From Vicugna vicugna (lineage: Eukaryota): DNA of 64,000 bases. This document shows, in pieces, positions 55,831 to 64,000 of the stretch. The notes below the pieces were generated by a model. It was not told the DNA's origin. It worked only from the letters and a program-made list of their open reading frames with translations, and ran no database searches. Location: contig MU058054.1 in assembly GCA_013265495.1 (NCBI GenBank), positions 620,001-684,000 on the forward strand, written 5' to 3'. Numbering within the stretch: the stretch's first letter is position 1; each line of letters begins with the position of its first letter. The translations under genes were made by a program, and so were the position numbers.

Positions 55831-56324
55831 CAAATTTTTTTTAACGTTTTGGAATAAGCAAAAGAGATGACTGGATACCTTTCCAATGGAATGCCTCCAG
55901 GAACTGTCTTTGACTAGGCTGTTTTATAACTCTTCAGAGATTAAGGTTAATTTATAAAGAACTGACAATAATGCAAATAATTCTTACTTGTAGATGTGAA
56001 AATAAATTCTGTCTGGTGAAGGGACACTCTTCCTTTCCATAGAAATGCCAATTTTGCATCTATTTGCAATTTTATTTCAATGTTCTTGATCTAAAAAGAT
56101 GTGTCCTTTGGATTCTCCTTTGGACCAGTTGTGATATCTTACAGGTTCTCTCTTTTAACTGATGAGTTCAATAAATAAAATCTTTGACATGTGTTCATTG
56201 TATGTTGTATAAGAGTCAGGATTTTACCTGCTTTTTGAAAATTATCTCTTAACACCATTATCTCATTGAAATGTTCATAACATTCTTACTTTCCTGTTGA
56301 CTAAATTAGCAATTAGAAGTTCAT

Positions 56325-56700
56325 TCATCTGTCATTCATTCAACCAATATTTAAGTGCCTGTTATGTGTCAGGAACTATCCTGGGGTCTGGGGATTCATT
56401 GGTGAGCCAGACAGGCCTCTTGGAGCCTCTGGTGGTGGAGAAGACATTAAATTCACAAATAAATATATAACCACAAATTGTGATCATCCATAAAGGAAAA
56501 AGACAGATGCTTGAGGAAATGACTTTTACAGACAGAGGTAAAAGCGCTTGTAAAGGCCTGATGTAAAAAAAGTGCTTGGCCTGATAAGGAACAGAGAGAA
56601 GGCTCTGCAGAGAAGCAGAGTGAGAGGAGCATGGAGGTGAGGCCAGGTCAGGCATGCCTTGTTTATAGACTGTAGACTTTATTCTGAGATCAGAGAGCAG
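56325..56700 (-). mobile_element. L2 3' fragment
   Basis: cattcattcaaccaatatttaagtgcctgttatgtgtcaggaactatcctggggtctggggat. Confidence 0.75.
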
Positions 56701-58129
56701 CTTGTCCGAGGTCACACAGAGCCTGAATTGATAATTTGGTTTATTATTATGAGACTTATATTCTTCACTACTGGTGGGGGGAGAGGGGAAAAGCTTTCAT
56801 TGGATTTAGCAAGATAATTCAAGAAAAAGCAGAGAAGTTTGCCATGCATTTTCCAAAACTATTCTCTCTTCTGGATGTTGTTAATCTTTCAGCACATGCA
56901 GGACTTGTGTAGATCTGGGCTGACGTAACTGACAGTTAAGAGCATCAGGACATGTGAAATTCTGGACATTGTATCTACATTTCTGTGGCTTATGCTCTCC
57001 TGGCATTCATGTTACCTCACACCCTACCAGACATATGGCAAGCACTCAGTAAATATGCTTTGATTAATTGGTTGATTAATCACAAATATTATGGTAGGCA
57101 TGTGTTCTCTGGTAGACAATTGAGGGATGGAAATGTGATGTTTTTCTGGACCAAGTTACCACGGTTCTAGATTTACCTTGGTTTGCAGCAATTTTTTTTA
57201 TTGTGTCTATTGCTAGAGCAAGAATAAATAGGTCGATTTGATTCACTGATTCATTATTTTATTCATCCTAATTTGACCCAGGAACAATGTGAGATGGTAT
57301 TAAAGCAAGCAATGGAACTCTGCTGGAGTTTTCCTGGAGAGTAAATATGACGTAAACTAACTAAAGACAGGAGTCCCAAAGATTTCTGAACAATAACGGT
57401 TCACAACTAGGTTCATTGTTACAGCTGTGGGATGTTTAATAAATTACGAGACTTATAATGATGCTGGGTTCTCTTGAGTTTTGCTGCACCTCCACCACCA
57501 GGTCAGCAGACAGGATACAGGAGCTACAAGATGGAGGCTTTTACATCTTCAGGTACCAGAAGACCCCTGGGGAACCATCTGTAGGTCCAAAATACTCCAG
57601 ACAACAGAAAGTGAGGAAGAAATAATTAAAGGTCGTCTCACTTGGTCATAGTTGAGATACAGAAGAGGGTCCACTTAGGTTTTCTTTAACATGTCGACCA
57701 ATTAAGTAGCAAGGAGAGGTACAGAGGGTTAAACTTACGATGCTCAGCCCTTGTTACCCACTTACTCTTTCATTTGCTTATTCATTCAACCAACATTTGG
57801 TATCTACAAAATGCTAACTATGGTTCTAAGCACTGGGGATGCTGAGATAAAGATGACATGACCTTTGGCTTAAAAACGAGATCTTCCCTGGCTTCACAAA
57901 CCTGGTATTTAGACGAGACATGCATAGTTTAAATGCTCATTACATTAATTCTGGCTTCATATTTTTGCATAATAGTATATTGAAATAACATTTTTACGTG
58001 CTACTAGAAAAACATCAAAAACCATCTGCTCGGAAGCTTGAAAAATTATAGTGATATCACTTAAACACAATAATAATTTCATTATGTACTAACACCGGCA
58101 TCGAAATCAACAGTAAATTTATAGAATGA

Positions 58130-58300
58130 TGGTTTTTAGTGGTGGGAAGGGACTCCAGCGATCATCTGGTCCAACCTTCAGATTCACAGAGAAGGAAACT
58201 CAGGCCAGAGTGAGGACTTGACCTGCCTGAGGTCACCTCGGAGAATTAGTGGCTGAGTCTGAATGCAAACTCGGGCCCCAAGTCCCACCTCAGTGCTCTC
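58130..58300 (-). mobile_element. MIR fragment
   Basis: ggaagggactccagcgatcatctggtccaacc...acagagaaggaaactcaggccagag...acctgcctgaggtcac. Confidence 0.75.
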
Positions 58301-58345
58301 TCCCTTGTGTTCCTAAACACATAAAATGGTGACTGAATCACTAAC

Positions 58346-58466
58346 CTTTATTGGCATCCTCTTGTAAGACTGGCATGGGGGTGAAATAGGGATCTGAGCG
58401 GTGAGAAGCTGGCAGAACCGTGAGGTTGGATACGGTGGACCCTTTTATTAACTTCGGAGCCTTCAC
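58346..58466 (-). CDS. IQCH: IQCH coding exon (approx. human exon 5), 121 nt, phase 0->1
   Basis: ttttgatcatttag|GTG acceptor and AAAG|gttagt donor. Translates [40 protein letters not shown](G), matching recalled human [41 protein letters not shown]. Not in the ORF track. Confidence 0.93.
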
Positions 58467-60014
58467 CTAAATGATCAAAAATTGGTTTTCAGCAGACATT
58501 TTTGCCGTCAAAATGAACACAGTTTTCTTCTTGTAAACAATAAATAAGATTATGAATAGTTTCATTAAGTTTTAATCAAGTAGCAATATAAGCTCCCGTT
58601 TTATTGCTCATGAGTACCCTGTGCTCTTGTCTACTGTCACGAGTTTGTGTAATTTAAAATAGTTAATTAAATCCAATTAACATGTTGCGATTTCCACTAT
58701 GGAGAGTCAGTATAGTAGTTAATAAAGGAACTATTAAGATTTTGTTCAATTTTAATGACTACAATATAAAAGCGCTAAATCTTGACAGAGGAGGCTTTGA
58801 ATACAGCAAAGTTTTGTACAGGCGAATTTTCTAGGAAATACACATTAAGGGCTTTGAGGATTAAAAAAAAACTGGGAGAATTTAAAGATAAATATGTCTA
58901 CATTAACAGGTTCAGGACGAACTCTGAGTAGACTCTTGCAGATCTGAGAAATGGTTAAAGACATGATGTTTAGATCACTTACAGTAGAGGATTACTTTTC
59001 CTAAAGTCATTAAATCCTTTTATTATAATTATGAAATATGAATTGTTTCTATTCAGTGGTTTCTGGATTTCAAAGATTATATGCATTGCAGATAAATCAC
59101 ATTTAATTGTATAGCCCAAGCACACTATTTTTACCTTTATTATAGGAGGTTATGAATTACCTGGGCCCTCTCAGCAGGGAAGATGGAACTGTTTGGTATT
59201 TATACACTGATTTAAATTTTCCAGTCATTTTTCCAGCATTAATTTGCATAACTTCCAAAGGAACTAGGTAATGGTTTGCTATTTAACTAATAAAGAACCA
59301 AGTCAGAAAGGTTGGTAGGTTAGTCTCAGGTCACACAGAGTGACTGGATGTGCAAAGATGATCAAATTTTAAGATTAATCTTGTTTTGCGTTAGGGAAAT
59401 TTGCCATTGGACTCAGTTGTGGCACATCTATTGTTCATCACGGTTGTGGTGACCTTAAGGATAAAGAAAGTCTTGACCTTTCATCAAGCCTCGGGGGAGG
59501 AAATCCTTTTACAAAATAAATATCTGCTGGCTAGGAAATGTCTGTGAACAAAGTTGTTTTAGGGCCCCACTGGCAGGATGTGGTACTTAAGGGAAACTAT
59601 AAGAACTACCATCCCATGGACACCAAATTCTTTGGCGATGTTTGGTGAGGACAGTTTAAAGTGATTACAAACAGGACTTTAGACAGGAAAGAGAAGATTG
59701 TTCGTGTTTGCAGAAAGGGCGGAGCTACGGGTCTTGCCTTGATGAGAGGGGGTGTGCACATGGTGTTACCATGGACCTTGCTGATCCCCCCGTGGTCTCT
59801 TTCCCTCATCCTCAGCTCTCCTCTCCGGACCTCACTTCCAGACAGGAGTAGCTCCCAGGAGCTCCTCCAAATCCAGGAGGCTGGGCTAATCACCCAGTGC
59901 GCTGTGTTCCAGTCGTGGCACAAATACAGACGAGGCTATTCAGTATCAAACACTGAAGGGTCTCCCGTTCGTTGTCTGATTGATCTCAGGGTCGGGGAGG
60001 CAAAGGTAAATCGA

Positions 60015-60290
60015 AGGAAGAAAGAAAGATTCCGCTTACATAAAATTGTCAAGCACTGTGAAGGCGTAAGATATAGATTTGGCAGTTTCGGGGCTCACAG
60101 AATTGTTCATCTGGATTTTCTGAAAGCCTTTGACAAGGTACACCTGACAGTCGTGCTCTTGAACGCTCAAGTTGCGAGAGCCAACATAAAACTCAACATA
60201 AAGTGTGACACCAAGGAGAAGGTGGAAGGCAGACGATAATTCAGATTGTCAGGCAGTCAGCGCATTATTAACACTGGTTTCTTTAATTCT
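60015..60290 (+). mobile_element. ancient CR1/L3-clade LINE reverse transcriptase relic
   Basis: CEGV-x11-IVHLDFLKAFDKVH (motif at 60102-60143) has the same spacing as recalled CR1 RT FEGV-x11-IVYLDFxKAFDKVPH. A shifted frame downstream reads RLSGSQRIINTGF, like WLSGRSQRVVINGSF. Confidence 0.7.
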
Positions 60291-60364
60291 TTAAACTGCA
60301 TCCATCTCAACGATGTGAAAGCTGGACCCAAGGGCTAGGGCTATGCTGAAATGCAACGAGGGGA

Positions 60365-60393
60365 GTGTGTGTGTGTGTGTGTTTGTGTGTGTG
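60365..60393. repeat. (TG)n microsatellite, one interruption
   Basis: gtgtgtgtgtgtgtgtgtttgtgtgtgtgt. Confidence 0.9.
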
Positions 60394-60704
60394 TAGGCAT
60401 GGAGGGATGACATCCTGGCAAGCTTATCGAAGTAAATCCTGCAGCCAGTGTCTGTGGGTACCACACGCGAGTCCACTCTGCTGTCCGGTTCCCATGGTGA
60501 GGATAACCGCTTCTGCGCATGCTTGGTTGGAAAGAGAAAGGCGGTAACAACCTCCAGTGTTTACTGAGCACTTACTACACCTATATAACACTAACTTTAA
60601 TACAATAAGCATTAAATTTTGTGAGCACTGGAAAAATCTAAGAGCTATGAGAGTGCAGGAGAGGGAGTGATTAACTCTGCCTGCTGGTGTCACAGAAGGC
60701 ATGG

Positions 60705-60888
60705 CAGTGACTCTCAGCCCTGCCTGGATGTTAGAATCACTGAGGGAGCTTTTTAAAAATACTGCTGCCTGGGCCCCAACCCTGGGCAGTTAAATCAGAA
60801 TCGCTGTGCTGGATGGAGCCTGGGCCTCGGTATTTTTTATAAAGCTCCCCAGGTGATTCTAATGTGCAGCTACGGTTGAGACGTACTG
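60705..60888. mobile_element. MER5A hAT MITE
   Basis: cagtgactctcagcc...ttagaatcac...aaagctccccaggtgattctaatgtgcag...ggttgagacgtactg, with internal inverted symmetry. Confidence 0.88.
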
Positions 60889-61805
60889 CAGTAAGGGATA
60901 TTTAAATTGCGTCTTAAAAGAAGCAATGAATTACATCACGTGGAGAAGAGGATGCAATTGTAGGCAGGAAGAATGGTGGCGACAAAGCAAAATAGGACAC
61001 AAATGCATGAAGATTTCACTGAAGGTGCAGGGTACTTTGTGGCTGGGGTGTGTTTGTGTATAGCAGGAGGGTAAGGTGGGGGATGAGACTGGAAAGGTAG
61101 GTTCCGATTCATGCAAATTAAAGAAACCAGCTTTGTGAATGTGCTGACCGCCTAACAGAATTCGAATATCATCTGCTTCTCTGGCTTCTGTTTGATGTCA
61201 GGCTTTATATTTTAGGCTGAACCATGCTTTGCAGTTTGTATACCACTAGTAAAAGAATCTGATTAAAAACAGAAAAATGCCCCCGCTGTCTGGTACTTCT
61301 CATGAACTGTTTCCAAAACTATAATTCACAACTCTATCACTCTATGCCTAAATCTTCTATAATAGCTTAAAAGTTTTTCAATATTTAAAAAATACAGAGA
61401 AGCTTAAAGAAGGAAGACAGCAATGGTACTGCTGACAGCCAGAATTAATCATTGTTAACATCTTGGTATATTTGCTCCTGTGTTTTCAAACAGAACAACC
61501 GTTCTGTTTTATTATTCTGGTAGAAATGATATATGTTCATTATAGATTCCAAATAATGCAGAAAAACACGAAGATGAAAGTTTAAGAAACCATACCGAAT
61601 ATCATTAGGCGATCCATTATCCCTAACATCTTTGGAATGATTGATACATTGTTTTATAAAAATAGGATTTATATTACATTATTAAACTTAATTTGACATG
61701 AATTTAATAGGAAGGAAAAAGGCCGAGTGAAACCCAACAAATTATTGAGCCTCAAAAAATATTTCTTTACCACGAGATTCCTGTGAGTTAAAAAAGATTC
61801 TTCTG

Positions 61806-61988
61806 CATGGGTTGGCAAATTTTTTCTAAAGGGGCCGGACAGTAAATATTTTAGGCGGTTCAGGTCTCTTTTTATAGCTGAAAAGTAACATAAATGATAT
61901 GGAAATTAATGAGTGAATCTGTGTTCCAATGAAACTTTATTTACAAATACAGGTGGTCAGCCCTCAGGCAGCAGTTTCTGGACCCCTG
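61806..61988. mobile_element. MER58A-like hAT MITE
   Basis: gggttggcaaattttttctaaaggggccggacagtaaatattttaggc...gtgttccaatgaaactttatttaca...gacccctg. Confidence 0.8.
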
Positions 61989-62789
61989 CTCCATTGTTAA
62001 ATAAAGGTGATTATAAAAAACACTTGGATTTTTTTTCCACCACATTTTTATTTTGGATGACATATTACATCTTCAAAAGATGAGAACATTAGAACTTTCT
62101 TGCTACTCCCATCTTCTCTCCCTCACCTCCTGATTTCTGTTTGTTATATTATTATGTTCACACTGTCCAGATTTATAATAGCCACGTTCTGTTTTGAAAC
62201 CATCACTGCTATGATTGTTTAGTATTAGTTCTACGTGTAAATGGATCCAGTGCTCATCAGCAGTCCTTCTGTCATGGCTTCTCTGTGCTTGAGTTCTTTA
62301 TTTTGATGGGTTTTTATAATACCTGGCTTCGGTTATCAAGCAAGTCTTTCCAACGAGTGTAAAATACTTCCCTGAGCCTTGATACTTGAATTACATCTGG
62401 GGTCATCCTTTCTTTTCTCAAAACTCTGTGGACATTGCACCATTGTCTTCTACAATGAATATCGTGAAATCAGATGCCAGCCTGATTCTTTTTAACCCCT
62501 TCCAGGTGATTTTTTTTTCTGCCTGGATGTCTGAAAGATTCTTTGACTTTCAAGTTCAGGTGTTTAACTAGGAAATACCCTTATGTTAAGTATTCTAAAT
62601 CAAAATTTCTTGGGATTCAGTGTTTTCTTTCCACCTGCAGATTCAGTTCTTTCTTCACTTCCAGAACGCGTTCTTGCGTTACGGCACTGAATCCATGTTC
62701 TCGATTGTTTGCTGAGTTCTCTCTGTGGGTGACAATCGAGTGTCCTTAAATGTTGGCTCATCTTTACCTTCCATAATGTGGTTCCTGAC

Positions 62790-63250
62790 TATTCATTCTC
62801 TCCTGGTTCTTTTAGATTAGAACACTGAATTTTAGTTGAGCACAGGGCTATCCAGTTAAAGACCACATTTCCCAGTGTCCCCTGTGGCTAAATGTAGACA
62901 AGTGGCCAATAAGATGTGGCAGAAGTGGTGTGTAACCCCTGGGGCATCTCTTTAAAGTGCTTGCCCTTGCCCTGGGCTGTTGGTAGCCTTCCTGTGGACA
63001 GAAACATGGGTGTGGGGAGGAGCCAGCTTCAACCATTGAAATGAGAATGTCCTGTAACCACAGGAATGAGGAGGTGATAGGGCATCAAGACAGAAGGAAC
63101 CATATCTTGGAAGACTTCCTGGAAGAGGTCCTGCCAGCCCGGGACTTCTCACCTGTGGACTGTTTTGTGAGTGAAAAGGAACTACTTTATTTAAGGCATT
63201 ATATTTTTGGATTTCCTTGTTAGCGCAACTTAGCCTGTAACAAACTAGCA
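62790..63250 (+). mobile_element. MaLR LTR (MLT1H/J-like) within old L1-like sequence
   Basis: ccacatttcccagtgtcccctgtggctaaatgt...ggccaataagatgtggcagaagtg...tttatttaaggcattatatttttggatttc. Confidence 0.7.
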
Positions 63251-64000
63251 TGCGTATCTACTAACTTCTAATTAATTTCCTCTTTCTCCCTCTGCATTTT
63301 CTGTGCTTACAGTCTTTTCTCCGTGTCAGTATTTCAATATTCAGCAGTGTCGGTTCTGTTCTTTCTATTTATAGTTTATTTATTAGTTCCATCAAATATT
63401 TTGGTATTCAATTGATTTCCTTCTGCCTGCAACCTCCCTTTTTATCTCATTCTGCTCTTGTATCATCTCATGGTTGAGCTCTAGTTTTACTTAATTTATG
63501 TTCCTATCAAGCTGTGCTAGAATGTGAAGAAATTGTGAGAAAATTCCTTCTGTGTCTTGAGTTATGTTCTTTCCTGGGTTAAGCTTTGTCTTTTGCAGCC
63601 CGTGATCCTCCCTCCCTCCTCGCCTCCCTTTCTTTTATTAGCTGTGGGTGAAATACTGATGCGTATGCAATAGATCAGTAGGGACCGTATCGTTTCTTTC
63701 TCTCTTGTACGTACTTGGGCCGCTCCCACTTGCTCTGATGCTGTACCCCATCCCCCACTGTGGTACCAGGGTGTTTTCTCTCCCAGCTACACTTGAGAAC
63801 TGGGTGTTCAGGGTTTTCTTCACCTTTCTGTTACCTGAGGGCGTAGATGAGGGAAGCCTCCGTTTTAGGACATATGCAGTCTTTGTTAAAACATGTAGCC
63901 TCTCCTCCCTTTCCTGAGATGTATCAGGGCTTGGTCTGTCCAGTTGAGGATGAGGCCATCCCTCCCCACCCGCCACCGCCAGGACTTTGGGACACTTTGG

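Overview
Mammalian genomic DNA, most likely camelid judging from two Vic-1-like tRNA-derived SINEs and artiodactyl-type L1 3' ends. It covers the middle of IQCH (IQ motif containing H) on the minus strand. I traced 11 coding exons from 58466 down to 2940 that splice into one stop-free frame of 1827 nt (609 codons), including the IQ motif; the 5' and 3' ends of the gene lie outside the window. Nine exons are secure. One 43-nt exon (with a GC donor) and the acceptor of the exon after it are inferred from frame logic. The rest is intron: L1, L2, MIR, MaLR LTRs, hAT/Tigger DNA transposon fossils, a probable ERV internal segment, an old CR1-type reverse transcriptase relic and a 245-N assembly gap. 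Nearly all listed ORFs outside the exons are spurious or repeat-derived. I found no convincing novel multi-gene system. The best leads are a 39-bp long-range inverted repeat just after an IQCH exon, the putative GC-AG micro-exon, an intronic RFX/E-box/FOX motif cluster, homeobox-dense TE-poor blocks and the CR1 RT relic inside a 192-codon antisense ORF. Exon numbering, comparisons to human IQCH and repeat family names come from memory, not a database search; repeat boundaries are approximate.
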